DNA of 62,431 nucleotides, filler included, from Asterionella formosa (Eukaryota), in NCBI GenBank assembly GCA_002256025.1. It is 22 parts of 22 records of this genome, joined end to end, with 100 filler letters (N's around TTAATTAATTAA, not from the genome) between each part and the next. Parts side by side here need not be neighbours in the genome. Positions count along the whole stretch, not along the records: positions 6,878 to 33,281 come from NKIB01001724.1; 21 more parts are not named here. One strand, 5' to 3'. Shown one piece after another: positions 12,542 to 26,397 of this stretch. The notes beneath the pieces were generated by a model, which did not search any database, was not told the DNA's origin, and was given only the letters and a program-made list of their open reading frames with translations. The stretch's first letter is position 1. Every line of letters begins with the position of its first letter. The translations under genes and the position numbers were made by a program.

Positions 12542-14360
12542 ATGAGTAGCATTCTGGAAGAAAATGAGTGGCAATCCGCTGTGGACATAAAGTCAGGGCG
12601 AACGTACTATTTCAACGTTAAGACGCTTGAGACGCAATGGCGCAAGCCCTTGGAACTCGCGTCGGAATCGGAACGAGCGGAAATGGAAGCGAAGGAACGC
12701 AACCAAAAAGAGTTCTTCTCTGTAATGGAAGCGAACATTCTCAAGAGCTTTGCGCAGGGAACGATTGGAACTACCAGGGTAGAATTGAAGAAGGATCCGT
12801 CGGCTAGGAACGAGTTTCGGCCAGGGCGTTTAGTTCGAACCATAAGTGGAATGGATGAATTTGTTTTGAAGGACTTGTTGCAGAGATCTTCGTCGCACCA
12901 AGATGGATCGCGAAGACCCTCTCTGACCTTGAAGTCCTTGGGAAAAGCGAATGCCCAGCGCAATGTCTTGGATCCTTTGCAAGAGTCTGCACGAGAAGAT
13001 TTGTCCTTTGAAGTTTCCCACAATCAAAGTATGTCATATTTTGATTCTTCATTTAACGGTTCCTTTGGAGAAGAATCCTCTGCTGATGGATTCGGATTGT
13101 CAGGGAAGGAGTTGCGGGCGTTGCAGCAGCTTTCGAAAATCACCGAAGAAATGACAAGTATGCATGACTCCACCGTCGGAAACTCCTCCTCAGCCGGATT
13201 TGATTTTGAGCCTGACGATTCTTTCACTTTTGAATCCGATGAAAGCGACAAAGATTTCAGATCATCTCTGACTCAGCCAGCTAAGCCCATTGGGAGGATT
13301 TTGATCTCATCCATCAAGGAAGGTGAAGAATTTGCCGATGCCACTGAAAATGCTGGTCCTGCAATTCCTGCTCGCAAGCCCGTCAATATCATGAAACCTC
13401 TTACTAGACACAATACTTGTGGTACTATGTATGTCAAGTCCACTATGAGTCAACCGGACACGGATGCAACTATCAAGGTGAGCGCTTAAATGAATGTTTA
13501 TTTTCTTTGTTACTCCCTCCTAACACAACACCACAATGTTCGCACAATCCCTAAAGTGCGTCTGTGGAGTGTATCGAGCTCACATTGTCGCGTCATCCGA
13601 AGACGACGAAGTCGATGGTGGGTACAGCCCTAATGGTGATCCTCATAGAATCTTTAATGACCGGGAGTCTCAGCGACGAGATGGAGTTGACTCGGATGAT
13701 GACGACGAATTGCTATTGGAAGAGTTGAAATTGGACAACATCGAGCGATGTATTCCTTCTCTCGAGGAGATCGCAAGTTTTTATCGAGATGTCTTTCGAC
13801 GTGCTCAAATGGAAAGCGATTGTATCATCATGAGTTTGATCTACGTGGAACGTCTCATTAAGGACACAGGTGGACAATTACGACCCCGGAAGTCAAACTG
13901 GCGCTCCCTATTGTTCGCTTCAATGATTCTGTCTTCCAAGGTATGGGATGACTTATCCATGTGGAACGCTGATTTCAGTCAGGCATGTCCATCTACAGTA
14001 GTCTTTTCCTTGAAACGAATCAATGAATTGGAACTTTGCGTATTGGGCGCACTCAGGTACAAAGTCAAAGTACCAGCGTCTGAATATGCAAAATACTATT
14101 TCTTGCTCCGATCTATGCTCATCAAATCCGGATTGGGTGGCGAAGACATGTCCTCTGACATGCCCTTGGATATTGAAGGGGCCAAAAAATTACAAGAGCT
14201 GTCGGCAGGCTTTCAGTCGACAGCAAAAAAGCATGTCATGGCTTCCAATATGTTGCGCAGCAAGTCGATGGGTGAGGCGGACAAAAAGCAAATGATGTTG
14301 GGGGCCCAGCGTCATAATCCGGGCCGAGGGGCAAAGCTGGAGCACATGGTACAAATGTAG
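12542..14360 (+). CDS. WW-domain + cyclin Y-like protein; exons ..12542-13477 and 13557-14360 (the frame is open upstream to 11708, so the true start may be earlier)
   Basis: WW motif WQSAVD..GRTYYFN..TQWRKP. The GT-AG intron 13478-13556 has a CTAAC branch point and joins DATIK|CVCGVYRAHI. Cyclin Y-type box DCIIMSLIYVERL..NWR..LSSKVWDDLSMWNADF..SEYAKYYFLLRS. Confidence 0.85.
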
Positions 14361-15013
14361 TAGAAAATTCTCGAATTAATAGTATGACCAGCTCTCTCAA
14401 TAATGAGATTCCGAAATAATACCTTCTCGCAGTTGTCACCAAAGTTTGTCTATAGTTTAGTGAGTGAGGCAATATGATAATAAACATACGATTCGTCATC
14501 CAGAGGAACGACCTGGTGGTGGTGATACTAGCGATCAGCTGATGCATGATTTGAACGTCATTGCTGCGAAGGAAGTTGTCCACTCGCTTTCACAAAAGGA
14601 GGACCAAATGAATAACCTCTTTGTTGTTTACGACTGAAGTCGTTGAGTATGTCACAAAGAAGCAAAACGTTTGCAGTATTATATATACACGCACAGATCT
14701 AAATGCCGGTAGATTGATGTACCGGTATGCAATATAGGCAGTAAGCAATATTTCTATATACAAGGTACCAGGGTACCTGGTACCTGGTACCGTAAAATTA
14801 CTAAGAAAACATGGGTGACGTGAGATGCGAATCATGAACATCAAGGGGTCATAAAAAGTGAGAAAAATAGGTTCGACGATCCTTTTCGCCAGAGTTAGCA
14901 ATTGAGGCTTCTATTTCTCTACAGGCTTTCTATCTCAGACTTCCAAAACAATACTTACTTCTCTCTGTGCTTCGCTAAAGTCGAATCTAATCTAGTTTTC
15001 TGATCTGCTTACC

Positions 15014-17197
15014 ATGGGTCGGTTCTCACGTCGTCAATTGTCGGTGTTGAGCGGGATTGTGGATGCATTGCTTCCTTCCATCGCCGCACCTCCTTCGACC
15101 TTAGCGAGAGCTAAAGATGAACAAGAATGCGAGGAAATCCGCAAGTACTGCGAATACCGTTTATCCTCCGACCCCGACTTCATGGCAGCACTCGAAACAA
15201 GTATCTTTGACAAGGTTTCAGGGCAGGAAAGCCAATTGCTGCGAATGTTGCTCTCAATCCTATCCACTATGCTTGGAACTATGCTGATCTTTGGTACTCT
15301 CCAACCACTTTGGACCTTTAAATCATTTGCAGAGTATTCAACAGACGACCAAAGCGCTCTCTTACAGTCACTCAAGGCAAGTACATATCAAGAGAAGAGA
15401 AAGATATTCAATGGCCTCAAGCGCTTGATTTGTGGCCTTGCCTACTCGTTTGTGCCAGGCGACGGATCAGGTAGGGGAAATCCGTTTTGGTCTGCAATCG
15501 GATATCCCGGTCCTCCGCAACGAAATCTGTCCAAGGAAGAGGACGAGGATCTTATGAAAGAAGGAGCGAAGATTGATTTTCGATCGATGGCTGGCGTTCT
15601 CCTGGACGTTCAGGGCGACATGGAGTTGCAGTTTGATGTTGTTATTGTTGGGTCTGGTTGTGGAGGAGGAGTTGCTGCTGCAACTCTAGCCAAAGCAGAC
15701 TACTCTGTCATTGTTCTTGAAAAGGGCCCTTACCTATCACCCTCTGAGATTACCAACCTGGAAGCAGAGTCCTTGGATCGTATGTTTGAATCCCACGGAA
15801 TATTGACGTCAAGTGATGGCAATGTCATGATGCTGGCTGGATCCACCCTTGGCGGGGGATCCGCAATCAATTGGAGTTGTGGCTTGGAGACACCTGAACA
15901 TGTACGACGAGAGTGGATCGAGAAATATGGCTTGGTTCAGTTTGGTGATGGTTATGATGAGCACATGACAGCAATCAAGGAACAAGTTGGATGTGACGAC
16001 AAATCGGGAGTTAAACATAACAAGCTGAATCAACACTTGATTGATTCATGCAAGACTATGGGTTACGATTGTGATTCGGCTGCACTAGTCATGAGAAATA
16101 GTGACAAGGATGCTACAGGATTCCTCTGTTTTGGAGATCGATACGGCAACAAGAATGATGGTTTGTCAACGTACCTGAAAGACGCGGTTGATCATGGTGC
16201 CAAGATAATTGAGAATTGTGCTGTTCACAAAGTATTGATGGAGTCTACTGGTTCGTCAAGAGGTAAGCGGGCCACTGGTGTAATTGCCAAGGTTGGGAGT
16301 TATCAATTGACAATCAATGCAAAGCGGTGCGTTGTTGTTGCAGCTGGTTCTCTCAATACTCCTTGTGTGCTCCTTCGAAGTGGCCTAGAGAATAAGCACG
16401 TCGGCCGTCATCTCCATGTGCATCCTGTGATCATTGCAGTTGGGCTCTTTGACAAAGAAGCAGATATCAACTGCTACTTGAAGGCGCCAATGACAACTGT
16501 CTGCAATGAGTTTCAAATGGGTCCTCAAGGCAATGGATATGGTCCCAAGATCGAATGCCCTTCCACTCACACTGGACTAATGGGTGCCGCCTTGCCTTTC
16601 ACGTCCCCAGAAGAATATAAGTTGAGGATGTTGAGATTGCGACATGCACTACCATATATTTTGCTAATGAGAGATTCTAGTGAAGGTCGGGTCCGTGTTG
16701 GCCCAGATGGGTTCAGTCCACAAATCGACTACGTCCTCAACGACGCCGACAAGGAAAGTTTTCTTCATTCTCTGAAGGGTGTCGTGAAGTTGCTGGTGGC
16801 AACTGGAGCCAATTTGGTATTGACAGGGCACTGTCAAGACCCTTCTCTACAATTAGGTGACGAAGTTCCTCGCACCAAGGAGTCCATTGAAGCGAACCCT
16901 CAAATCCAGGCCTATCTTGACTCAATCACGGATCGTGGAATGAAGGAACACGAGATGGGAGTCTATGTTGCTCATCAAATGGGCTCCTGTCGCATGAGTA
17001 CGTCGCCTGCTGGTGGCGTTGTCGACGCTTCAGGCGAAGCTTGGGAATGCAACGACTTGTTCCTTGTGGATACAAGCGTTTTTCCGACTGCTTCTGGTGC
17101 CAACCCCATGTTGACTGTTCTAGCTGTTTCTCATATGCTCAGTACAAGACTGGCGACACGTTTGAAGAATGAAGATGCAGAAACACAGACGTTATGA
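15014..17197 (+). CDS. Long-chain fatty alcohol oxidase (GMC oxidoreductase)
   Basis: Intronless 727 aa. N-terminal NPFWSAIGYPG, Rossmann DVVIVGSGCGGGV, GSTLGGGSAINW, VGRHLHVHP, AHQMGSCRM and FPTASGANPMLT. Confidence 0.93.
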   Translation: MGRFSRRQLSVLSGIVDALLPSIAAPPSTLARAKDEQECEEIRKYCEYRLSSDPDFMAALETSIFDKVSGQESQLLRMLLSILSTMLGTMLIFGTLQPLWTFKSFAEYSTDDQSALLQSLKASTYQEKRKIFNGLKRLICGLAYSFVPGDGSGRGNPFWSAIGYPGPPQRNLSKEEDEDLMKEGAKIDFRSMAGVLLDVQGDMELQFDVVIVGSGCGGGVAAATLAKADYSVIVLEKGPYLSPSEITNLEAESLDRMFESHGILTSSDGNVMMLAGSTLGGGSAINWSCGLETPEHVRREWIEKYGLVQFGDGYDEHMTAIKEQVGCDDKSGVKHNKLNQHLIDSCKTMGYDCDSAALVMRNSDKDATGFLCFGDRYGNKNDGLSTYLKDAVDHGAKIIENCAVHKVLMESTGSSRGKRATGVIAKVGSYQLTINAKRCVVVAAGSLNTPCVLLRSGLENKHVGRHLHVHPVIIAVGLFDKEADINCYLKAPMTTVCNEFQMGPQGNGYGPKIECPSTHTGLMGAALPFTSPEEYKLRMLRLRHALPYILLMRDSSEGRVRVGPDGFSPQIDYVLNDADKESFLHSLKGVVKLLVATGANLVLTGHCQDPSLQLGDEVPRTKESIEANPQIQAYLDSITDRGMKEHEMGVYVAHQMGSCRMSTSPAGGVVDASGEAWECNDLFLVDTSVFPTASGANPMLTVLAVSHMLSTRLATRLKNEDAETQTL

Positions 17198-19180
17198 ACG
17201 ATCAAAAGTCACCAAAATAACCCACCTTCGTTTTTGTTTACATATCACACTGAAGGATCTGTATTTTTCATCTCTTCTTGAACTATAAATAAGATTATCG
17301 AGTGATGAAATAGTATATTTGTTCTTTGGGTTCCATTAAGAATTGTCCCATTTCTACTTTTGATCAAACAGCCAATATTTTTCCTAAACCCTCACCAATC
17401 ATTCTTTTCATCTAGCTCTTGATGAAACTTACTATGGGTTGGTAATTTTCTGTCATTCTTTCTTTGTCTCTTTTCTGCTTCTTCATGAGGGAGTATGAAA
17501 TAATTATATCCATGGCTATCATGATGTCACATGTCATTGGCTGCCATTGTCCTTCTGTGGTTGTATTTGCCCTACTTGGACAATGAAGTCCAAGTGCGTT
17601 AAGGAATTATAACAGAGTGAGCAAATTGTTTTCCAACTATATTTGCATGCTGGGTTGGTGTAATCTTGGAAAGGGGCATTTGAACACCCTAAAGACTGCA
17701 TAGACCATTAGGTCTTGTTATGCTTGGATTAGAACTGAGGGTAATCTACTTCAATCACTAATCTTTGCTAGGTTTAATCCTAGCTTTGATAATAAGTAAA
17801 GATTATGTGTTACCAGTTACTAAAGCATAAGTCTTAGTTTAGTCTAGGTGACACTTTCACCATTAGGGAATCAATATATGAGAACCTACATCAAGATCAA
17901 ACATTGTAGTAAGGGGTTTGAAGAGGCCATGCCTCTCACTAGGCTAAATTTTAGATGTCTATACTGAGGAAGCAATCATGAGGACTCTGGATTAGTGAAT
18001 ATTGTTGCACTATCTTTACATGTCAGATCAAGTTCTTTAGTATCTACTTTGTACATAGAGCTCGTGGATATGGTTAACATTACTATACTATTATGGTTAA
18101 TATGTAGCAATTTACATAGTATTAATCTACTATGTGGGCAAACTGTACCATAAGTTAGTATTGTGACCTATTTCCAAACTTGTTTCTCCTTAATAACTGC
18201 CATCAGTTTGATTATTCTTTGACTTCAGTAGAGTCAATAAATTGCAGACTTATCTGACTCACAATAAATTGAATTTTCTTCCAAAGCACATTGTTTAAGT
18301 TATTGATTGAAGATAGCTATTATTTCAATGCTCACTACCATAGGAAAATGCAAACCTTGAACTGTGCAGTAGACAGTAAGTATATGTTACAAGCATAGTT
18401 TTGTGTACAGAAATAACCTCGAACGATGGTCACATTTATCCTTGTGATACATCATTCACAATACTGCAAAGACATGATCTTAGCAGCCCTTGCTACTTTG
18501 CCTAGCTAGGACTCTCCCTTCTTCTCCCCCTTAGAGTGGAAGACATCATAGGCTAGGGATAGGATGAATGAGGAATGGTGGTTAAGGCGAATTTACTAGG
18601 AATTTCCACCTGCACCACAGTGACTTCATGTCCCTACTAGACTAGCTATGTATCCTGCTGGGTGGGTGGGTGTGGTTTACCAAGAGATTTGGGGGGTTGT
18701 ATAACACCATGTTGTCTTTCCGAGGTCCATTGAGCTTGCTTTCAGGTCAGCAGTGCTTAGACCAGTCTTAAGTTTCGATCAGGTATGCTTTCGAGGTCAG
18801 CGAGTTTGACAAAACAATGGTGAGTTTCAATTGCCGGGGGTTGTTCAGCGTTTTCCGGGTGTGAGAACGGGTTGATTCGTCGCTCTCGTCCGAGGCTACT
18901 ATATTATGCAGAATTCGGGGTATTTTGCTTTCTTGAACATATCACGCTGGAACAGTTTCGAATACTTACCTGGTACGTTGTTTGCAAGAATGACAAAACA
19001 CGAGTGAATGGGAGACAAAATGAGTCACTGGTAAGAATAAAGGTGGTACCACCTGGTACCGTACCTGATGGCCGGTATGTATAAAAAATAGGAGCAACAA
19101 AATCTGCTTCATGTTTGTTTCCCGCCCCGTTCTCCACTGAATTATTTTTGCATCAACCGGAGCACAAATAGTTGACAGAA

Positions 19181-22100
19181 ATGATCATCTCCGACGACGA
19201 AGCAGCGACTTCGAAGTCTCAGGGCTCTATGAAGGCGATCTCTGATATCCAAACTGAGCGTTCCCCATCAAATTTCACGGATGCAGTAACCATGAATCCC
19301 ACTCAGAGTCGTTCCATCAACGGAGGTGTTCCATCATCTACGGACAGTCTCATAAAGGAGGACGAGCCCATAGCGCGTTGCATAGGTTGGAAACAAACAA
19401 TGGCGCTGTTGGGGAAGAACATGTTGACCAAGTATAGAACACCCCTGCCCACCTTCTTTGAGATCTTTTCACCTGTCATGATGATGCTGATTTTGGTTTT
19501 AGCGTATTCGCTAGCAGCAACTACTGAGCTGAATGCTGAGCAATACTCCTCCCTGGCGTTTGATATTCCAGGACCTTGGTTCAATTTGCTAGCACGTTCA
19601 TTGGACTTTGCCGGATCTTCATCTGACAATGTTTCTGCGTTCGATCGTGTCAATAGAACTCGACATTTTGCTAGGCTGTTGATGGATATCAATGGTACTA
19701 TCAATACCACCCAGTCTGGTACCAGCGGCGATGGGGTCGAGCTCCTAGCTGACGCTGTTGTTGCGGTAAGTCATTAAGTCTGTAAATTTAGTTTGTACGT
19801 CCGGTTCAGACCCTCACATCTACGCCTTTTTCGTTCGGTTTCATAAGATTCAAGATGCCTTCAAGGATCCCCTTCCTGTGCCCACGTTTTCACAGTACGT
19901 CCAGGCTTCACTGGCCATGTCAAATTTATTTAATGCAGATAATATTCCCGGTGTTTTTAGTGATTCATCTTTTGGTCGCCAATGGGGAAACCTCTTAACG
20001 CTTGGAACACTTCATTTATCACCAAACACACCAATTGTCGCACAATTTTGGACCTACCTTAATGAGACGTATCCCGATCTAATGGAAAAGTCAATTCGTA
20101 CTCGACTACACGAGAGTGAAGCAACTGCATTGACATTCATCAATAGCAATCTCAAGGAACGAACCTGGGCTCTGCTAGATTTCAGCAACTATCAAGGAGT
20201 GGAGGACTTCCAATACAAAATTCGAATGAACTACACCACACTCCCCAATACGAATTTAATCGTTGATTTTGCCAGCATTGGGTTAAATCCCCGATATAAA
20301 CGTTACTACCTAAGTGGCTATTTGTCGCTCCAACGTACCTTAAACGAGTTTGCCATGTCAAGAAATAACTGCGAACAAGCTGACACCAATCTCTGGTCCA
20401 TGCCAATGCCTACTGCAGCATATTCGCAGAATTCCTTTTTCCAATCTGTTGGATTCCTCCTCGGTCTTACTGTTGCAATGGCTTACATGTACCCAACTTC
20501 ACGCACCATCAAGTCAATGGTAGAAGAAAAGGAGACGCGAATGAAGGAAACTCTTTTTATTCTGGGAGTAAGACCTTGGGCACATTGGTTCTCCTGGGTA
20601 TTAACAACTGGCATTATCTTTTTTATCATTTCTGTCCTTGTGACATTTACACTGTCTTCAAATGTGTTGAAATATTCATCACCAACCTACCTCTTTGTTC
20701 TCATTGGATTATTTTCTACAGCAACGATGGGATTTTGTTTTGTTATTGCCAGCTTCTTTTCCAGGGCCAAGTTGGCTTCGATTGTTGGTCCTATGGCTCT
20801 ATTTGCCACCGTGTTGCCTCGGTTCATCTTTTTTGGCTCGAATCGTTACGAAGCAACAACTGCCAAAAAGTGGGCCTCGCTCCTGCCATGTACTGCTTTC
20901 GCATTTGCAGCTGACATTATTGCTGATTATGAATACACAGAAGTTGGTGTTCAATCTTTCAATGCCGGTGAGGGAGAATATTCTTTTGATACGGCACTTG
21001 GATTTTTATTCCTTGATACATTTCTGTATATGTTTTTGGGTTGGTACCTTGAGCTTGTGATTCCTAGACAATATGGAGTGGCACGGCCCTTTTACTTCAT
21101 TTTCCTGCCAAGCTACTGGTGGTCTTGCATGTCTTGCTTTGTTGGAAGGCAATCAATCAGGAGGGGTGGAAAGCATTCTTCTGGAGTCACCTCAACCAAC
21201 ACTACCGTGGCATCCTTAGACTTAGACAGAGAGCCTGTCGTCCATTCGGACGACATCGAACCAGACGACCCCTCACTTGTACCTCGAGTCTGTATTCACA
21301 ACCTAGTCAAAAAATACAGCATGAAACGCGATGTTTCTCCAGCTGTCAACAACTTGAACCTGAATTTCTACGAGTCGCAGATAACTTGTTTGTTAGGACA
21401 TAATGGAGCTGGCAAGACAAGTGTGATTGGAGTACTCACAGGACTCTTTCCACCAACATCTGGTGACTGTTTAATTTACGGCAATTCAGTCATAAGCGAC
21501 ACCAGTCTTGCTCGGCAATCAATGGGAATTTGTCCTCAACACAATGTTTTGTTTGATAGATTGACAGTTATCGAACATCTCGCGTTTTTCCAAAAGATTA
21601 AAGGGCTTCGCCCATCAAAGGAGGACGTCCGAGAAAAAGCCTTAGAAGTCGGCCTCGGTGAATATTTTAAGACAACTTCATCTGCACTCTCAGGAGGAAA
21701 CAAACGAAAGCTTTCTTTAGCTATTGCTCTTTGTGGAGACCCACGGTTCCTTCTCTTAGACGAACCAACGTCTGGGATGGACCCAGCAAGTCGTCGAGCT
21801 TGCTGGGAGCTTCTTCGTCGCAAGAGAGCAGGTCGTGTCACTCTTCTCACGACTCACTTTCTTGACGAGGCGTCGTTACTGGCTGACAGAATTGTTATTT
21901 TGAAGGAAGGCAATCTGCAGTGCTGTGGATCAGAACTCTTCCTAAAAACTCGATTTGGACTAGGCTACAACTTGACTATTGTTTTGAATGCTAGTAACCC
22001 ATTGGATGGTGAACCTCCCGACCCATACCCACCAACGACAAATGAAGAAAATTACATTTTGGCTTTCTTTAAGGATTTTATTCCTGGCACAGAACTCATT

Positions 22101-25100
22101 CGAAAGTCTGCAAGAGAAATTACTTTTCGCTTTCCGCAAGGATTGGAAGGATTGTTTCCGAATCTCTTCAATGCTCTGGAAGAAGCCAGGGAGCGCCTTG
22201 GTATCGGTGCGTATGGCATTTCGAATACCTCATTGGAAGAGGTTTTCCTTCAACTTGCCGAAAAGAATAGCTTTTCAAACACAGAGAAAGCTGGAGCAAA
22301 TCGTACCACTGCAATTGCCGCAGGTGAAGCCTCTCCATCACATCCTGTCGCATTGAAGGGGGCTGTACCAGGTACCGAGGATCTAAATGGCCACGAAGTT
22401 GACCCCGAACCTGCAGTTGTCACGCAGGACGATTTGGTTCCTATCAGTGCCTTACGTCAAGTTAGTTTACTCTACATGAAGCGTCTTGTTATCCAACGCC
22501 GTGATCTCAAAGGTGCTTGTTTCATGATTGTGTTACCTGTGGTTCTTTGTGGACTTGTCCTTCTCGTTCTAACTCTCGACATCGTTCTTGCTGGTCCGGC
22601 GATTGACATGTCAATGTCACTATATGAGCCAAACTCAAATGGCTTCTCTGGCCCAACTGATCTGGTATTTGGAGGCGGAGCGGCCATCACAGAAGGAAAT
22701 GAATCCCAGACAACCTTGTCCAAACTGTTTGCGAACTTTAGCTCATCATTGCAGTATGAATATCCCAACACAAATCTCTCTCACGTACTCGAGGCCAAAT
22801 CTTCATCTAACATTTCCCAATACTTGCTCGATACATACAACGACCGTAATCATAACCCACGCTATGGGGCTTTCGCCTTTCGCGATACAATATCTCTGCG
22901 ATTGAATGTTGATTGGGATGGCATGCGCAACAGTATCAACAATCTAACGTTCCGAGAAGGTGGTACTATAAACTTATCGGAATTTTTCGCCATTTCCGAC
23001 AACCTTACCTTCAATATCACTTCATCAAGCGTCGCAAATTCTTTTTTGGGACTGAATCTGCTTAGTGGAAACAGTTCCAACGACTTGAAAATACAGCTCC
23101 AAACAGAAACCGTTTTGTTGGACAAATCACGTCTTCGTTTGATATTCAAAAACGCAACTCTCAATTCAGCAATAGGGGTCCTGGTAGAGAATGAAGATAT
23201 TATTGTGCCTTTGAATAGTACTAACTCACTGCCGTCAGGTTTCCAAACTTACTATTCGGACATAAACTCAACCGCAAGTATATTGCACAACAGCAGCTCA
23301 CCCCACGCTGTTGCAGCCTTCAACCAAGCTTACATGGAGTTTATGTTCAAACAGTGTTCATCCGATCCAAAGCAGGCCCGGCTTGTGTCCGTGAACCACC
23401 CGCTACCATTAACAAATCAGCAATCCATCGAGATTCAAACGACTCTCAGTGTCCTTGCGTCGCTCTTCCTTTTGATTCCTTACTGTTATATCCCGGGTGC
23501 TTTTGTCGTTTTTTTGGTCAAGGAGCGTGTGTCAAAATCGAAACATCTCCAGCTTGTCAGCGGAGTGAATTTGTCGTCGTATTGGGTCTCGGCATACCTG
23601 TGGGATTTGAGTCTCTTCCTTTTCTTAAGTGTGTTGATCATTTTAGTATTTTTGATCTATGGCAATGATTCAGCTGTTGTCTTTGTTGGCACTATCGAAT
23701 CGTTGGTGGCAACTTTCGCTTTAACTTTTGGGTATGGACTCTCATCGCTTCCCTTTGCATACCTGCTGTCTCGATCCTTTGACAATCATTCCTCGGCTCA
23801 GATTGCTGTCATGGGCATTTTCTTTGTTACTGGATTTGTTGCTGTCAACGCATACTTCATTATGAGCTCCATCGATTCGACTAAACAGATTGCCGAGGCC
23901 TTGCAGCCGTACTTTCGAACATGGCCTGCATATAACGTTGGCGAAGGCTTCATCAATTTGAGTAATGCCTACTGGGAACGTGAAATCCTCGGCTATTCCA
24001 ATGGTGCGTTGGATTGGGACGTGGCTGGTATGAACCTGGCAATTATCTACGGTTTGAGCATTCCGTACTTCTTGATATTGCTGATGTTGGAGTACGCTGA
24101 CGACGGCGGGGCAGGTGGTTTCGTCGGTCGTGCCTTGCGAAAGATTCGCGGCAGCTACGAAAGCTGGTCGCTACGATGGCACGGAATACGGAAAGGCGAT
24201 GACGGGGTTTCGCTGTTGTTGAATGATGGGCTGGATGGGTCAACAGGCAGCGAAGACGAGGATGTGGCAGTAGAAAGAGAACAAGTAACATCAAACGCGG
24301 ATTCTCTCAAGGAATCAGCATCAGTGCTCCTTGTGAATCTATGGAAAGTCTATCCTCCATCAGTTGGGATATTTGGTTCTGTTTTAGCGGCAATCCGAAG
24401 GGGGCTAACGTTTCTTATTTGCTGTTGCTTCTTGTCCAAACAACAAGAAACGCCACAAATGGAAACGGAGGATGACAAAGACCTATCCTTTCTTCCTAAA
24501 CGCGCAGTACGCGGTGTGACAACAGCAATTCCCCAAGGGGAAACATTTGGTCTTCTCGGTGTCAACGGTGCCGGGGTGCGTTTCAGTCACTTTGACGTTT
24601 TGTATTATTAATTTTCAAATTTCAATATTTTTGTTCACCCTTTTCTCTTTGATCACCAACAGAAAACAACCATTTTAGGCGTCTTGACGGGCGACATTAC
24701 TCCAACAGGCGGACAAGCATTCGTTGCCGGTAATGACGTGACGGGAATCACCCCTGGTGGTGTGGATCAAGCGCGCAAGCATATAGGATTTTGTCCCCAG
24801 GTCGATCCCCTGCTCGATGGGATGACAGGCCGTGAAACGTTGATTATGTTCGGTAAACTCCGAGGCATTCCCAAGGAACATTTGAAAGCCATTGTGACAG
24901 ACTTGATCGACAAGCTCACCTTGACCCCCCACGCCGACAAGGTGAGCGAAGCCTACTCTGGTGGTAACAAGCGCAAATTGTCGTTGGGCGTGGCATTGAT
25001 TGGAGATCCTCGTGTCCTGTTTATTGACGAAGCAAGTTCGGGAATGGATCCGGCAGCCCGTCGGCACATGTGGGAATTGATAAGTAAGGTCTCCGAGAAG

Positions 25101-25571
25101 CGGTCCACTATTTTGACATCTCACTCGATGGAGGAAGCCGAAGCATTGTGCACTCGAGTTGCAATAATGGTCAAAGGACAAATGTTGTGTTTGGGAAGTG
25201 TGCAGCATGTCAAGAGTAAATATCTGGATGGATATACAATTGATGTGCATTGTATCCCCGGGACATTAGATGCTGTGGTGGATGGTCTTGTCCAAGAAAT
25301 CCTTCACACATGTTTGCCTGAATCCATCCTAGCCGAACGCCATGGAAGATTCTTGCGATTCGAGGTATCTTCCTTGGGTCGCTTGGGTTTGGGCGCCACA
25401 TTTCAAAGGCTTCAGGAATTGAAAGAACAAGATCAATGGTGTGTCGAGAATTACAGCATTTCTCAGTGTTCGTTGGAGCAAGTGTTTATCAAGCTTGTCA
25501 AACAGGGCAATAGTGATGCAACGGCCGTCATCCGAGAACCTGTTGTTACTACTGCTGAAGATCAAGTGTAG
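19181..25571 (+). CDS. Full-size ABC transporter, subfamily A; exons 19181-19765, 19848-24575, 24663-25571
   Basis: Two TMD-NBD halves with Walker A GHNGAGKT and GVNGAG|KTT (split by intron 24576-24662), signature LSGGNKRKLS/YSGGNKRKLS, and Walker B LLLDEP/FIDEA. Both GT-AG introns are phase 0 and restore the frame. Confidence 0.95.
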
Positions 25572-25735
25572 AACAATTGGTACTACTTCTGATTGCATCA
25601 AGCAAGTAGCTTGGAATGTAGTGTTCATTTTTAGATTACTTGTTGAATATGTATTGCGCATGACTAGGAACAACTGAATTGATTTGCTAAACTAAATGAG
25701 TATATATACTTGTAGTATAGAGTCAACGTATCGCA

Positions 25736-25930
25736 CTATTGAGATTGAGTCGCTTCCTGTTGTTGCTTCTTCTTTCGCAGCCTCTCCTTGTCTCGCTCCA
25801 CACCTTCACGCATCACGCGTTTACTGGCTTTGGGTTCGTAATGAGCATACAATATAGCCCCAAGGGTACAAGATACAGTCAATGCCATGACAATCAATGG
25901 TCCTCGTGGAATGGATAATGGTTTTGACAT
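25736..25930 (-). CDS. PET117: PET117-like cytochrome c oxidase assembly factor
   Basis: Short protein with one hydrophobic segment followed by ILYAHY...MREGVERDKERL, the PET117 pattern. Confidence 0.75.
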   Translation of the reverse strand: MSKPLSIPRGPLIVMALTVSCTLGAILYAHYEPKASKRVMREGVERDKERLRKKKQQQEATQSQ

Positions 25931-26397
25931 GATAATGGGGGCGGGATGAAATTCTAAGCAATGATGTAAATGATGCTGCCCTATTTCATTACGGTACATA
26001 TATATACCGGGTATATGTATAAACTACATACGACCACCGATGTATATTTACATGCAAAAATTAGAAAACTTCTACCGGTATATATACTCTACACATATCT
26101 GGCATGTTACGACGCATAGCACTGGTACTTCTACAAGTGGATGTTATCATAATGCACCACGTGGTTAAAAATAATTATAGCGGTATTTTAAAGAAGAATA
26201 AAGCAAATGTATGAAATACATGTGATACACTGGGGCAAAAATAAAACTTTTTTTTCAATTTTGTAACATTTCACTCATCACATAATAATTAAACTATAAT
26301 TTGTTATTGCTCCGCAATCGATCAACCACTCCAACAAGTTTTGCAACACGCACTATCAGAATCTCCATATACCGGTACACATATTCCGTCCCTCAAC

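Noticed and set aside
17300..18800. Long CpG-poor gene-free interval as a hidden gene or RNA
   Set aside because: No ORF, structure or repeat could be supported. It is probably decayed transposon sequence.
20182..25250. Numerous 60-190 aa ORFs overlapping ABCA (likewise within PPWD1, the oxidase, the cyclin and TE genes)
   Set aside because: They are shadow frames of well-supported genes with no recognisable motifs.
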